Of a DNA stretch of 64,000 nucleotides, positions 46,148-56,058 are shown piece after piece. A program made the position numbers and the translations under genes. Each line of letters starts with the position of its first letter. Position 1 is the stretch's first letter. This DNA comes from a virus (lineage: Duplodnaviria; Caudoviricetes): positions 1,005-65,004 of the IMG/VR virus record IMGVR_UViG_3300042691_033915; one strand, 5' to 3'. The notes below the pieces were generated by a model. That model made no database searches. It saw only the letters and a program-made list of their open reading frames with translations, and was not told where the DNA came from.

Positions 46148-49021
46148 ATGGCAACAAAAACATTTGCTATATCTAAGGACTCAATAGTAGTCGTCAGGGG
46201 CATAGACGGAGCGTCATTTGGCGCCGGTAAGGACTATCACAACTACGTTGGCGACAGCGGCGACTATACAATCCGCTCGCTTCTGCAATTTACTCTTGAC
46301 TTCACAAACGTTGCATCAATCAACAGCGCAACGTTGTACCTCAAAACCCCAAGGTCAAGCGACGGCACGGTAAATGGTGTTCTTCGAGACACGCACGGCA
46401 CGTGGAATTCCGGTTCAATAAAATTCAGCCGCGTCACAAGCACTTGGACAGAAGGAACTTACGGCACCGACGAAGGATTTAACGGAGTTAACTCTGTTGA
46501 GTGGGACAACCAACCGAGCACAACAACTACTGGTGCGGTTAACTTTACCACCAGAGCATCTCGCCCATCAAGCCCTTCTAACGACACTATTGTTATTACT
46601 GACATTGTCAAGGCTTGGGCCCCGCTTACCGTTACCGGCGGCGGTAACGCAACTAACTACGGTATTCAAATTCGCAACAACACCGAGGGCGGATCGGACT
46701 ATTGCGAGTGGTACAGCCTTGAAGGCGGCGCCAGCGGCATTTCCGGAGCTGTCGCTCCATACATTGTTATTGATTACAACCCAGCCGTTCCAACCGTATC
46801 AATTGGCGGCGCAAGCACTCCTGCAAGCGCAGGGATTGCAAGAGTTGTTAACCTTAATGACACCACCGAATGGTCGGCCTCTACGGAGCTTGCAAGGCCA
46901 AGACTTGGCTGGAACTACGCAAGTGCTGCCGGCCTCACCCAGGGAGCATGGAGAGTAAGAATTTATTCCGCATCTACTGGTGGCACAACGTATTACGACT
47001 CTGGGTTGGTGACTAATGCAGCATATAAAACGGCTACATTTTTTGATATTCCAACCAACGCCGGGGCAGAAACTTGGCTGACATCTGCCGCTGGATATAC
47101 GGGCTGGAGCACAATTACTGGCTTGGTTAACGGAACTGAGTATTGGTGGACTATTGAAGTTCAAGACTCATCAGGTCAAACGTCCTCAGAGTCGGCTCGA
47201 TACGCCTTTAAGGTCCGGTGGGGCCAAGTCATTCACTCATGGGATTCTGGTTCTACAAGCAGTTCACAATGGGATCTTGACTACCCAGCAGCACCGGCGG
47301 GCACTCAGACTATAGTCCTGTATCGATCTACCACAACGTCTACGGAAACAACCGGGACCTGGTATTCGTCCCTTTCCGATGTTGACACTGGAAAGAGATA
47401 TCTGCAGACAATGTTGCGGCTTTCCACTGATGCTGGGGCACAGCCGTCTACTGCAGACATGACCTTTAGCTATCTTGGAACATCAGTTTCCCCTGACAAT
47501 TGGGAAGTAGATGCCAACGGAACGCTTGTTCTTGACAATTCTACGTATCGCTTTGGAACAAAGTCTGGATACCTAGAGGCAACAAGCTCTGCGGCGACAT
47601 TGATTCAACCAAAGAGAAACACTTCTGAGTGGGATGTTTCGGTGATTCCTGGAAACTCTTATATTTTCTCTGCTTACGTTCGACCAAGCACCCAAACGCT
47701 TGCGTCATCCAGGACAATTAAACTGAGAATATACAACGGTAGCGGTAGCAGCTCGTCTCCTGAGGCAGAGGTTGGGTTGGGCTCGGATAATTACACCGAT
47801 TTTGAGGTCCAAGACGGTTGGTATCGTTTGTCTTACTCATTTATCGCACCTGGGCACTGGGCAAAGCCAGTCATTGAGCTTGGCACCGGAGCGGGCGCCG
47901 CTGCTCTTGACGCAATGCACGTTGACGGAGCACAAATTGAAGAAGGTAACGTTGTGCGTTCATGGACCCCGGGCTTTGTCACGCAAGCTATTACCATGGA
48001 AGGCTCTGGCATTGCAATTGACAAGCAGGGTGGCGGCTCGCTTAGGCTTCGTGGCTCTGATACAATTGGCACTAGAAACATTATTGAACTTGGCGCAAAC
48101 GGGCTTGACTTTGGCGGATCGATTAACCCTGCCAAGATTTACGGCGGTGCGGAATACCAGCTAACCCTTGCTGGTCACCTTCGCTCACTCAGCGGCACAA
48201 CAACATCAGGTGCTTTCTATTCTTCAATAGAATCAGACACCGTTGATAGGTTTGCCATTCTTGCAGACGGGCAGCATGAGTGGGGGGCCGGCGGGTCAAC
48301 GGCAAGAGATGCAAACCTGTACCGCAGCGAAGCCAACGTTCTTAAGACAGACGACTCTTTGTGGGTTGCCGGAAACACCCTCAGCTCGGTTGATAGGTCT
48401 GGCTCAGCAGACAGCACTACAATTACATATGCCACAGAATATTATGCGCTTACAAACGCAGAGGTTTCATTTACCCCAGCTTTTGTCGGTCAAAGATGGC
48501 TCCTAACATTAACTGGATCTGTCTCGCTGAACACCACGACCGTTCAATATGCTTTTATTCGCGGCTCGGTTAACAACTCAGCGGTTGCTGTTTCTACCGC
48601 AGCAAGATCCAGCACAACCGCGACAATTAACACATCAACCGCCCACGGAATGACTGCTGGTGATACGTTTATCCTTGCGCTGACAAGCGGACCGACAAAC
48701 TTTGCGCAACTCAACGGTCTGTATACGGTTGCAACTGCCCCGACAACTACTTCATTTACGTATACCGCACCATCAAGCGGAACAATCACCTCTGGTGCTA
48801 CTGTTGGGAGCGTGTACAAGCAAGTAGCAAACATGGGCTTCAGTAGGGCAGATAACTATGGCTATAGCGGAAGAGGCGGTACTGTCGCACTTACAAGGGT
48901 GTACACGGCCACTGCCGCTGGGGTCCCACTTGTGTTTAAGTTTACAGGCACAGTGCAAACAACCGCTGGTCTAACCCTTTCGCTGGCATACACCCAAATC
49001 AATGCGTATCCACTGGGGTAA
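46148..49021 (+). CDS. tail fibre / receptor-binding protein
   Basis: RSLLQF..INSATLYL (DNRLRE-like), FN3-like YWWTIEV, CBM-like YIFSAYV..VDGAQIEEG; Ser/Thr-rich. Confidence 0.7.
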   Translation: MATKTFAISKDSIVVVRGIDGASFGAGKDYHNYVGDSGDYTIRSLLQFTLDFTNVASINSATLYLKTPRSSDGTVNGVLRDTHGTWNSGSIKFSRVTSTWTEGTYGTDEGFNGVNSVEWDNQPSTTTTGAVNFTTRASRPSSPSNDTIVITDIVKAWAPLTVTGGGNATNYGIQIRNNTEGGSDYCEWYSLEGGASGISGAVAPYIVIDYNPAVPTVSIGGASTPASAGIARVVNLNDTTEWSASTELARPRLGWNYASAAGLTQGAWRVRIYSASTGGTTYYDSGLVTNAAYKTATFFDIPTNAGAETWLTSAAGYTGWSTITGLVNGTEYWWTIEVQDSSGQTSSESARYAFKVRWGQVIHSWDSGSTSSSQWDLDYPAAPAGTQTIVLYRSTTTSTETTGTWYSSLSDVDTGKRYLQTMLRLSTDAGAQPSTADMTFSYLGTSVSPDNWEVDANGTLVLDNSTYRFGTKSGYLEATSSAATLIQPKRNTSEWDVSVIPGNSYIFSAYVRPSTQTLASSRTIKLRIYNGSGSSSSPEAEVGLGSDNYTDFEVQDGWYRLSYSFIAPGHWAKPVIELGTGAGAAALDAMHVDGAQIEEGNVVRSWTPGFVTQAITMEGSGIAIDKQGGGSLRLRGSDTIGTRNIIELGANGLDFGGSINPAKIYGGAEYQLTLAGHLRSLSGTTTSGAFYSSIESDTVDRFAILADGQHEWGAGGSTARDANLYRSEANVLKTDDSLWVAGNTLSSVDRSGSADSTTITYATEYYALTNAEVSFTPAFVGQRWLLTLTGSVSLNTTTVQYAFIRGSVNNSAVAVSTAARSSTTATINTSTAHGMTAGDTFILALTSGPTNFAQLNGLYTVATAPTTTSFTYTAPSSGTITSGATVGSVYKQVANMGFSRADNYGYSGRGGTVALTRVYTATAAGVPLVFKFTGTVQTTAGLTLSLAYTQINAYPLG

Positions 49022-49030
49022 GAGGATTAT

Positions 49031-49150
49031 ATGTGGGTTTTAATTTGCTTTTTAGAAAATTGTCCAGCCGGCGGATCTGAGCAGGAAGCAAAAGGTTCTT
49101 CTTACGCTTGCGTGGGTTGCGGGGCACTCTACGAACGCCCATCTGCCTGA
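49031..49150 (+). CDS. 39-aa four-Cys microprotein (not in ORF track)
   Basis: GAGG RBS. MWVLICFLENCPAGGSEQEAKGSSYACVGCGALYERPSA. Paralogue at 52904..53044. Confidence 0.75.
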   Translation: MWVLICFLENCPAGGSEQEAKGSSYACVGCGALYERPSA

Positions 49151-49238
49151 TCGCAGAACTCGAAGCGCGTGAATAAATAACTACCTCCAGGTAAAATACT
49201 GTAAGCCCCAGAGAGGGCAATTCAGCATGGAGGTTGAC

Positions 49239-49964
49239 ATGGGAGTTCGATTTAGAGTCAAGTCACAGCTTGACCACGAGGAGAAGGGCGGCATTCTTGA
49301 TGACTGCGGCCCATCGTCTATAGCAGCATGCGTTTCCTGGGTAAACAAGTACGCTCCTGGCGGAGATTTTACCGCAGCGCAGGGCATTGCAGCTAAGACT
49401 AAGGCAACCGGAAAGATTGACAAGCAGGGCGTGAGCGACAATGGCTCGACCCTTGGCGACCTTATCCTCACCGCACGTCAGCTTGGCGCAAAGGCGCGCT
49501 GGGCCAAGGACTGGAACGACGTCATTACTAGCGCCAAGAAGGGCGCAGCAATTGGCGTTTGGGTTGAGCAGCCGTTTGGTTACCCGAAGGACCTTGAAGT
49601 GTCTGAGTGGCATGCCAAGTGGCAGCGCTGGTGGTGGGTTAAGCAGAAGCAGCCTACCCGCACCTACGGCCACATGACTGCGGCTGTTTGGGACCCAGAG
49701 CTTGGATGGCAGTGGGCGTGCCCAACGCGATCCGGCAAGGGCAAGGAGCAGTTCGGCGTGCAAATCAGCGAAGAGACGCTGCTAAAGCTTTGCGACAGCA
49801 AGCGCCTCTCAAAGAAGCACATTGCTCCGGCGTTTAAGCACACTATCATTATCGAGGCGGGCACCGTTGTGGCTGCTGCGCCCGCACCAACCCCAGCACC
49901 AGCGCCAGTTCCGGTTGCCCCGGTTCCGTGCCCTGCCTGCGGCGGTACTGGCATCAAGAAGTAA
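49239..49964 (+). CDS. putative endolysin, C39-like cysteine peptidase
   Basis: SQLD..DDCGPSS (Cys) and YGHM (His); next to a holin-like gene; GGAGG RBS. Confidence 0.7.
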   Translation: MGVRFRVKSQLDHEEKGGILDDCGPSSIAACVSWVNKYAPGGDFTAAQGIAAKTKATGKIDKQGVSDNGSTLGDLILTARQLGAKARWAKDWNDVITSAKKGAAIGVWVEQPFGYPKDLEVSEWHAKWQRWWWVKQKQPTRTYGHMTAAVWDPELGWQWACPTRSGKGKEQFGVQISEETLLKLCDSKRLSKKHIAPAFKHTIIIEAGTVVAAAPAPTPAPAPVPVAPVPCPACGGTGIKK

Positions 49965-49978
49965 TTTGGAGGTACAAC

Positions 49979-50374
49979 ATGAGCGCACTAATTTCAAAGG
50001 TTAAGTGGATTTTTGACAACACGGGGATTGACGAGGCGCTTCTTGAAGCGTTCCGCGTTGGACTTGCAACGGGTATCGCCGTTATGCTTGCCACCGGTGC
50101 ACCAATCCTTGACATGACCAACGACGACTTCCGAACGGTTGCTTCGGGTGCCATTGCGGCAACCCTCCAGGTGATCGTCCGCGCCCTCAACCCAGAGGAC
50201 ACGAAGTTTGGTGTTGGCAAGGCAAAGGCCGCAAAGGCTGAGGAGAAGGCCGCCCTTGCGGATACCTCTCACATTGCCGGCTCCGCCATTGACACTGACG
50301 GCGATGGCATCCCTGATGAGCTTGCTGGCAGCCTTGCTGGCGAGACCGCATGGGAAGACGAAGCCGCAAAGTAA
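49979..50374 (+). CDS. putative holin
   Basis: Two hydrophobic segments, RALNPEDTKFG motif, follows the endolysin. Confidence 0.7.
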   Translation: MSALISKVKWIFDNTGIDEALLEAFRVGLATGIAVMLATGAPILDMTNDDFRTVASGAIAATLQVIVRALNPEDTKFGVGKAKAAKAEEKAALADTSHIAGSAIDTDGDGIPDELAGSLAGETAWEDEAAK

Positions 50375-50425
50375 TGTGGTATAGTTGTCTTACGGCAGAA
50401 AGCCGCAAGTACAAGGAGGCCAGTA

Positions 50426-50635
50426 ATGGTCAAGAATAACAAGGTGGCCCCAAAGGCCCCAGTTAAGCCGGCTGCAAAGCCTGCTGTGAAGGCTGCCGCT
50501 AAGCCAGCTGCGAAGCCTGCCGTTAAGGCAGCTGCAAAGCCGGTGAAGAAGGCTCCTGCCAAGAAGGCCGTTGTGGCCCCAAAGGCTGAAAAGAAGTCCC
50601 TTCTTGGGAAGGTCGGGTCCTGGTTTAAGCGTTAA
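50426..50635 (+). CDS. histone H1-like Lys/Ala/Pro-rich protein
   Basis: AGGAGG RBS; repeated AKPA/VKAA units. Confidence 0.75.
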   Translation: MVKNNKVAPKAPVKPAAKPAVKAAAKPAAKPAVKAAAKPVKKAPAKKAVVAPKAEKKSLLGKVGSWFKR

Positions 50636-50658
50636 CGCCAACTAGGACGGCTGATACG

Positions 50659-50692
50659 GAGAGCGCCCCGCATGTGCGGGGCGTTTCTCTTT
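50659..50692. terminator. hairpin terminator between convergent operons
   Basis: CGCCCCGCA-TG-TGCGGGGCG followed by TTTCTCTTT. Confidence 0.75.
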
Positions 50693-50894
50693 AGTCGAGA
50701 TAAATGTCGGTGCCTGTGCCCCTGCGGTCGATCTTGGACCAACCCTCTCCCTTGAACACGACGCCGCTAAGAGAAATGATTTTGCGCATAGCCTTTTCGC
50801 AACGCGGGCAGGGGTGCTCCGACTCATCGGACATTGGGTGAACGATCTCCACCACTACTTTACACTCTTTGCATGCGTAGTCATATGTCGCCAT
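50691..50894 (-). CDS. FmdB-family zinc ribbon protein
   Basis: MATYDYACKEC...CPRC...FKGEGW. Confidence 0.85.
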   Translation of the reverse strand: MATYDYACKECKVVVEIVHPMSDESEHPCPRCEKAMRKIISLSGVVFKGEGWSKIDRRGTGTDIYLD

Positions 50895-50908
50895 ACGGCG
50901 ATTATACA

Positions 50909-51109
50909 CTACTCTTCGTCGTCAAACGACACGCGGAGCGGCATGGTTACTGCCCAAGCCAACGTCAGAACTGCAAGGGTTGCCCCTACAAAGTTGCGCG
51001 TCTCGCCGTCTGGCAGAACAATCCAACCAACCAGAAGACCAAAAATGGTCCACGACTGGCTTACCACGTCATTTACCGCCTGAATCAACAGGCTCTTCCA
51101 CTTGCTCAT
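50909..51109 (-). CDS. small two-TM membrane protein
   Basis: [14 protein letters not shown] and [14 protein letters not shown]. Confidence 0.7.
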   Translation of the reverse strand: MSKWKSLLIQAVNDVVSQSWTIFGLLVGWIVLPDGETRNFVGATLAVLTLAWAVTMPLRVSFDDEE

Positions 51110-52626
51110 TTTACAATTCTCCTCTGCCCGTTCTGGGCAACTTTTCCTTGTGCCTTGGCCTGCTGTAGCTTTGCTCCACTGACGCGCTTTGCTCCGCCGC
51201 GTCCGCCACGACCCTTGCCGCCACCGTCTCCACCACCACCGCTAAAGCCACCACCAGAACTGGCGGCACCTTTTGCGGCAGCTGCTGACACTGCGGCTTG
51301 TGCAATAGTCGTCATGATTACTGCGGGCCCAACAACCGTGCGGGCCTCTTCTTTTTCTTCTTCGGTGATATCATTACCAAGATTGGCAACAGTGTCAACA
51401 GCAGCACCTACTGCTTCTCCAACTGCTGCAACAGCTTCTCCAACCGCTTCCGTAACCGCCTCTACAGCAGCGCCCGGATCAATCGGTCCAGGTGCGTCAG
51501 TAGGTACAGGGCTGGGATCAGGAGAAGGGGAAGGAGGGTCCGTAGGGGTGGCCGTTGGCTCGGGCGTCGGCTCGGGTGTGGCAGTCGGGTCCGGTGTTGG
51601 CTCATTGGTGACCTCCGGGGTTGGCGTCGGTGTTGGCACCGGCGACGGGCTTACAGACGGCTCTGGCGTGGGCGTAGGAGCCACGCTAGGGCTTGGTGTT
51701 GGTGGTTCTGGGGTAGGAGAAGGGGTCGGCTCAGGTGTGGGCTCTGGGGTCGGCGTAGGGGTTGGTTCAGGTGTCGGGCTTGGGGTCGGTGGCGGCGGGG
51801 CCGGCACAAACACGGACACCGTGTCTGAGTTGGGCGAATACACGCTAAGCGTGTCGTTGTCAGCCCTTACCCAGAATGTGTACGTTTGGTCAACGCCGCC
51901 CGTAATAACAAAGACGTTACTGGCAATGCCCATATTGGTCTCTGTGGATGCAGCGCCCCAGCCCGACAGATTCCCCGTAGTCCAGAACACGCCGTATCGC
52001 TCAATGTCGGTACCGCTTGCCTCTGGGGCGTTCCACGTCAGATAGACGTTGCCATCTGTGTACACGGTGACCATGAGGCCCGTAGGGGCGTTGAGGTATG
52101 GGCTCGGCACGGGCGTGGGCGTTGGCTCTGGTGTCGGGGTGGGAGTTGGCTCAGGCGTTGGCGTCCACGTCGCAGACGGCGTTCCAGGAGCAAGCTCAGC
52201 GTCAAAATTGCTAATGAGGTAGTAGTGATTGCCGTAGAAGCGGTCTGCCGTTGGGTCACCGCAGCACACCCCAGCGCGCACGCGATACTCGCCGGCGTCT
52301 ACGGTAATGATGATGGTTGAGGCAAGGGAGTAACCGCCAGTGTGATCCGTGTACGAGTCGTCGTTGGCAGCGAGAAGCGTGCCGTTGCTGTCGTACAGCC
52401 AAAGCATGGAGTCAACCGTGCCGGGGCACCAAGGGGCGGTGCTGTCGTCGCACAAGTCGGTCCAAAGGTGCAGCGACCCAGCTTCTGGAACGGTAATCCA
52501 GAAGTCTTTGGTTGCATCTACGTAGTTGCTTTGTGCGCCAGAAACTGGCGAGGCAATGACGCTGTACGCAAGCGTTGCTACAATAAGCCAAATAGAGGCA
52601 AGGATAGTAAGAAATTTAGTATTCAT
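51106..52626 (-). CDS. exported Pro/Thr-rich protein (signal peptide, PPC-like and FN3 domains)
   Basis: Hydrophobic N-terminus, [39 protein letters not shown], long PTPEPT repeats, hydrophobic segment then basic tail. Confidence 0.75.
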   Translation of the reverse strand: MNTKFLTILASIWLIVATLAYSVIASPVSGAQSNYVDATKDFWITVPEAGSLHLWTDLCDDSTAPWCPGTVDSMLWLYDSNGTLLAANDDSYTDHTGGYSLASTIIITVDAGEYRVRAGVCCGDPTADRFYGNHYYLISNFDAELAPGTPSATWTPTPEPTPTPTPEPTPTPVPSPYLNAPTGLMVTVYTDGNVYLTWNAPEASGTDIERYGVFWTTGNLSGWGAASTETNMGIASNVFVITGGVDQTYTFWVRADNDTLSVYSPNSDTVSVFVPAPPPPTPSPTPEPTPTPTPEPTPEPTPSPTPEPPTPSPSVAPTPTPEPSVSPSPVPTPTPTPEVTNEPTPDPTATPEPTPEPTATPTDPPSPSPDPSPVPTDAPGPIDPGAAVEAVTEAVGEAVAAVGEAVGAAVDTVANLGNDITEEEKEEARTVVGPAVIMTTIAQAAVSAAAAKGAASSGGGFSGGGGDGGGKGRGGRGGAKRVSGAKLQQAKAQGKVAQNGQRRIVK

Positions 52627-52808
52627 TGTCCCTGCCCCGATAGCCACGTAACGAGTCCGCCAACTCCTGAAAGTCCGAGAATGGCGAGGACAAACTTTGC
52701 GAGTCGAAAGGCCCCCCTCGTTTCGGCCATTTCGTTTTTGAGCGCGTCAATGTCTCGCTGAATGCGATCAAGACGATCCAAAATAATATCTGATTGTGAT
52801 TTTGTCAT
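52623..52808 (-). CDS. small coiled-coil protein with C-terminal TM helix
   Basis: [16 protein letters not shown] followed by [18 protein letters not shown]; GGAGG RBS. Confidence 0.7.
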   Translation of the reverse strand: MTKSQSDIILDRLDRIQRDIDALKNEMAETRGAFRLAKFVLAILGLSGVGGLVTWLSGQGQ

Positions 52809-52850
52809 GCGCCCTCCATCTCCTTGGTGACGCGTCTATTGTCTCAAATA

Positions 52851-52878
52851 AAAAACGCAATTGCATTAGCAATTGCGT
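52851..52878 (-). terminator. intrinsic terminator of the fibre cluster
   Basis: ACGCAATTGC-ATTA-GCAATTGCGT perfect inverted repeat followed on the - strand by a T-run. Confidence 0.65.
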
Positions 52879-52903
52879 CTACAAAAAAAAGATTATGTTT
52901 GTA

Positions 52904-53044
52904 TTATTCTGGTCGAGCGTACACCGTATTGCAACCACCGCATTCCGCTTCTTCGCCGGAGATAGGAAAACTAATCCCGGAAAGTTCGCACCCGTCTGTG
53001 GTGCACGTTAAATGCCAGAAATTAAGCTCAACGACTTTACTCAT
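52904..53044 (-). CDS. 46-aa four-Cys microprotein (not in ORF track)
   Basis: TAAGGAG RBS. MSKVVELNFWHLTCTTDGCELSGISFPISGEEAECGGCNTVYARPE. Confidence 0.8.
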   Translation of the reverse strand: MSKVVELNFWHLTCTTDGCELSGISFPISGEEAECGGCNTVYARPE

Positions 53045-53053
53045 GTTTACTCC

Positions 53054-53584
53054 TTACGCACTCATGTTGCCCATATAGACAACCGAGCATGCGGAAATTC
53101 TTGACCCACCAATTGTCTTGGCGGTTGTTGACGCAGATGCTCGGAAAACCAATGAGTCCGCTGCAGTTAGGTACTGGATTGTAGTAATCGCAGGAGTGTC
53201 ATTGTTGGTGTTTGCTTGTGCCTGCGTCTCATTTCTCGCAACTACGGTTCCGTTCACCACAACGTACAGCCTAAATGCAAAACCGGTACCGAGGCCGCCG
53301 CCGCTGGTGAGGTGGCAAGTAATGCTGTACCAGCCAGTCAATGGAATAGTAATGGTTGAGCCAGAGGACCAGTAGGCATAGAGAGCAGTGTTTTTGATTG
53401 CACTAGACCAAGTAATTGCCGTTGCGGATGCATCCGTAGATGTGTTTACGGTCAGGGTAGTAGTTCGTTGCAGGGTAATCCCGTGAACAAGGTCGGTTGT
53501 GACGCCGTCACCAGTAATCGCGCCAACAACGGTTAGATCGTCTGTTGTTGCGGGCAAAACGAGGTCGCTAAGAATTCTTACCAT
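53054..53584 (-). CDS. fibre-tip-like protein (C1q/TNF-like beta sandwich)
   Basis: TITIPLTGWYSI and YLTAADSL motifs. Confidence 0.6.
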   Translation of the reverse strand: MVRILSDLVLPATTDDLTVVGAITGDGVTTDLVHGITLQRTTTLTVNTSTDASATAITWSSAIKNTALYAYWSSGSTITIPLTGWYSITCHLTSGGGLGTGFAFRLYVVVNGTVVARNETQAQANTNNDTPAITTIQYLTAADSLVFRASASTTAKTIGGSRISACSVVYMGNMSA

Positions 53585-53593
53585 AGGGGTATC

Positions 53594-55075
53594 TTACCCT
53601 AGAACGACGACTCGGTATGTTCCTGCAAGGCTGATTGTGACCGTCAGCGTGTTTGTGGTGGCCGTTACCACATCACAGAACACCTGAGCGTCGCCCGAAT
53701 CGTACACGGATACCACTACGTCCTTGGTGCCAAGGTTGTGGGTAACGGTTTTGGCCTCGCCAGCCGTCCACGTTGCGCTGGTGTTGTAGCGAAGTGCTCC
53801 GCCGTAGGTCGAGGCGATAGCCGTACCCTGCCAAGTTCCTGCCGCAATGGTGCCGACCGTTGTAATGCTGTCATCACCGCTGTAGGTTCCGCCAGCAACC
53901 GCAGCAAGCGTGCTGTTGTAGGCCTGGACATTCGTGCCGATTGCAAGGCCAAGGGCTGTTCGTGCAGCGCCGGCGTCAGTTGCGCCAGTACCACCGTTCG
54001 CAATGGCAATTGCAGTACCGTTCCAAGTTCCAGAGGTAATTGTGCCAACCGAGGTTAGGCTTGACCCGGTAACCCCTGAGCCAAGCGCAGTGCCGCTAAG
54101 GACTTCCGTGCCATTGATTCTGTATACTTTGCCATTGGCAATGTTGACATGCTCGGAGAGAGTCCAGGCGTCAGTAGCGTCAACCCAGTTAATCGTCTTG
54201 TCGGTAGTTCCCTTAAGCGTAATACCGCCGCCGTCTGCGGCTGCATCTGACGGCTCGGCAGTTGAGCCGAGCTCAATGTTCTTGTCGTCTACCGATAGGG
54301 TTGTTGAGTTGATGGTGGTTGTGGTCCCGTTGACCGTCAGATCGCCAGAAAGCACAAGGCTTGTACCGGTTGCCGCGCCAATGTTTGGCGTAACAAGCGT
54401 TGGCGTGTTTGCAAATACCAAGGCGCCCGTTCCGGTCTCGTCGGTTACCGCACTGATAAGGTTGGCCGATGATGGCGTGGCTAGGAACGTTGCAACGCCA
54501 GTTCCAAGACCGGAAACACCGGTGCTGATTGGCAGTCCGGTTGCGTTTGTAAGCGTCGCGCTCGACGGAGTTCCAAGCGCTGGGGTCACCAACGCTGGGC
54601 TATTAGCAAATACCAGCGCGCCAGTGCCAGTCTCGTCAGAGATAACACCGGCAAGTTCTGCCGATGTGGTAGCTGCAAAGTCGCTCAGCTTATTAGAGGT
54701 GCTGGCCTTTCCAGCAGCGAGGTCATACGCAGCCTTTACGGATGCTGGGACGGCAGCGGTGGTTGTTGAGGTGCTGGAGGTTGAGTTTTCCAGCTGGACA
54801 GCGCCCTTCTGGGAAGTCGTGCCGTCCTGGATGCTGATGGTTGGCGTGCTTCCGCCGGTAGAAGAAAGTGGGCTAGAGGCACTAACCGAGGTGACAGTTC
54901 CTGCGCCAGTTGAGAGCGTTACCCACGCCGCGCCGTCATAGACCTTAATCGCGTCAGAGGCGGTGTTGTAGTAGATCTGCCCCTGAACCGGGGTGCTTGG
55001 GTCTGTAGCTAGGTTCTGAATGACTGCGTTCTGCAGCTCATTTTTCTGCAGGTCTAGAACGGTTAGAAACTTCAT
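53594..55075 (-). CDS. virion fibre/decoration protein
   Basis: GQIYYNT, KGAVQL..AVPASVKAAYD, DETGTGALVFAN twice, IAIANGGTGAT, VTHNLGT. Confidence 0.7.
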   Translation of the reverse strand: MKFLTVLDLQKNELQNAVIQNLATDPSTPVQGQIYYNTASDAIKVYDGAAWVTLSTGAGTVTSVSASSPLSSTGGSTPTISIQDGTTSQKGAVQLENSTSSTSTTTAAVPASVKAAYDLAAGKASTSNKLSDFAATTSAELAGVISDETGTGALVFANSPALVTPALGTPSSATLTNATGLPISTGVSGLGTGVATFLATPSSANLISAVTDETGTGALVFANTPTLVTPNIGAATGTSLVLSGDLTVNGTTTTINSTTLSVDDKNIELGSTAEPSDAAADGGGITLKGTTDKTINWVDATDAWTLSEHVNIANGKVYRINGTEVLSGTALGSGVTGSSLTSVGTITSGTWNGTAIAIANGGTGATDAGAARTALGLAIGTNVQAYNSTLAAVAGGTYSGDDSITTVGTIAAGTWQGTAIASTYGGALRYNTSATWTAGEAKTVTHNLGTKDVVVSVYDSGDAQVFCDVVTATTNTLTVTISLAGTYRVVVLG

Positions 55076-55084
55076 GGCTCCCCC

Positions 55085-55618
55085 TTAATTCAGATAGGCT
55101 TTGCCGCCAAAAGCGGCAACAAATTGGACAGTCAAACTATTATTATCTATATACGTGATATCGCCAATGACTAGCGTTCCTGCACTGTCAACGACTTCGA
55201 CGGACGGAAAACATGCCAAGTTGTGCGTAATTGTCCACGTGGCAGACGCGGAGTTTTGCGTGTGCGTATAAGTTGAGTGCGAAGCACCGCTTCCTTGTAT
55301 TCCCTGCGGCCCCGTTGCTCCGGTTGCTCCGGTTGGCCCCTGAACACCCTGCTCTCCTTGCGGTCCGGTCGCCCCCGTTGCCCCAGTAGCACCCGTTGAG
55401 CCAGTGGCGCCCGTTGCCCCGGTGGGTCCGGTGGCTCCCGTTGGTCCCTGTGGCCCAGTTGGGCCTTGGAGGCCCTGCACTGTTCCCCCGCTGGCGCTTG
55501 TTATGGTCAGGGTGGGTGCGCTAACGGACACGGAAACAGGGTTAGTTGTTGCAGTAACGCTATTGCTTTGCTGCGTTACGTTGATATTCTTCGTCTGCTC
55601 TGAAACCTCTACGGTCAT
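55085..55618 (-). CDS. collagen-like (Gly-X-Y) fibre protein
   Basis: About 20 consecutive G-X-Y triplets, then a WTITHNL..PSVEVVD domain. Confidence 0.85.
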   Translation of the reverse strand: MTVEVSEQTKNINVTQQSNSVTATTNPVSVSVSAPTLTITSASGGTVQGLQGPTGPQGPTGATGPTGATGATGSTGATGATGATGPQGEQGVQGPTGATGATGPQGIQGSGASHSTYTHTQNSASATWTITHNLACFPSVEVVDSAGTLVIGDITYIDNNSLTVQFVAAFGGKAYLN

Positions 55619-55971
55619 CTGGTTACTTCTCCGGACACTGTAAACAGGCCAGAGATAAGCTTCACCATGGCTCCGCCAACAGGGTTTACTTCAAGGTCGT
55701 AGACATAGGTCCCTGGGGCAATGAGGCTAAGGGCTTCGTCTGATACGTAAACGGTTATTGCGCCATTGGTGGTTCCAAGGGCAATGCCGGTTGTGGTTCC
55801 GTTTGTGCTGGAAAGACGCAAGAATGCCTCTTGCGCGCCCTGCCTTCTTCGAACGTGCATGGCCGCAGTGGCCCCCGTAAGATTGACAAGGCTGCCAGCC
55901 GCGTCACGGTATTCAAGGCTGATGGTCAGGTAGCTGCCTTGTTCCGCTGTAATATCGTAAGTCGTGGCCAT
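55615..55971 (-). CDS. virion structural protein (BppU N-terminal-like)
   Basis: [33 protein letters not shown]. Confidence 0.65.
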   Translation of the reverse strand: MATTYDITAEQGSYLTISLEYRDAAGSLVNLTGATAAMHVRRRQGAQEAFLRLSSTNGTTTGIALGTTNGAITVYVSDEALSLIAPGTYVYDLEVNPVGGAMVKLISGLFTVSGEVTR

Positions 55972-56058
55972 AGGAATCCCCCTTGCCCGCATTTTATGGT
56001 GCGGACAGGCAAATGACCAGAACGGTAGTTTCTACGATTGGTATGTTATCATTGTTAC

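Noticed and set aside
50834-52045. 403-aa + strand Gly/Val-rich ORF
   Set aside because: Antisense shadow of the Pro/Thr-repeat gene, which has a signal peptide and recognisable domains.
53934-54941. 335-aa + strand ORF
   Set aside because: Shadow of the - strand fibre gene; no RBS or motifs.
55290-55480. Nucleotide tandem repeats as a regulatory array
   Set aside because: Explained by collagen Gly-X-Y coding.
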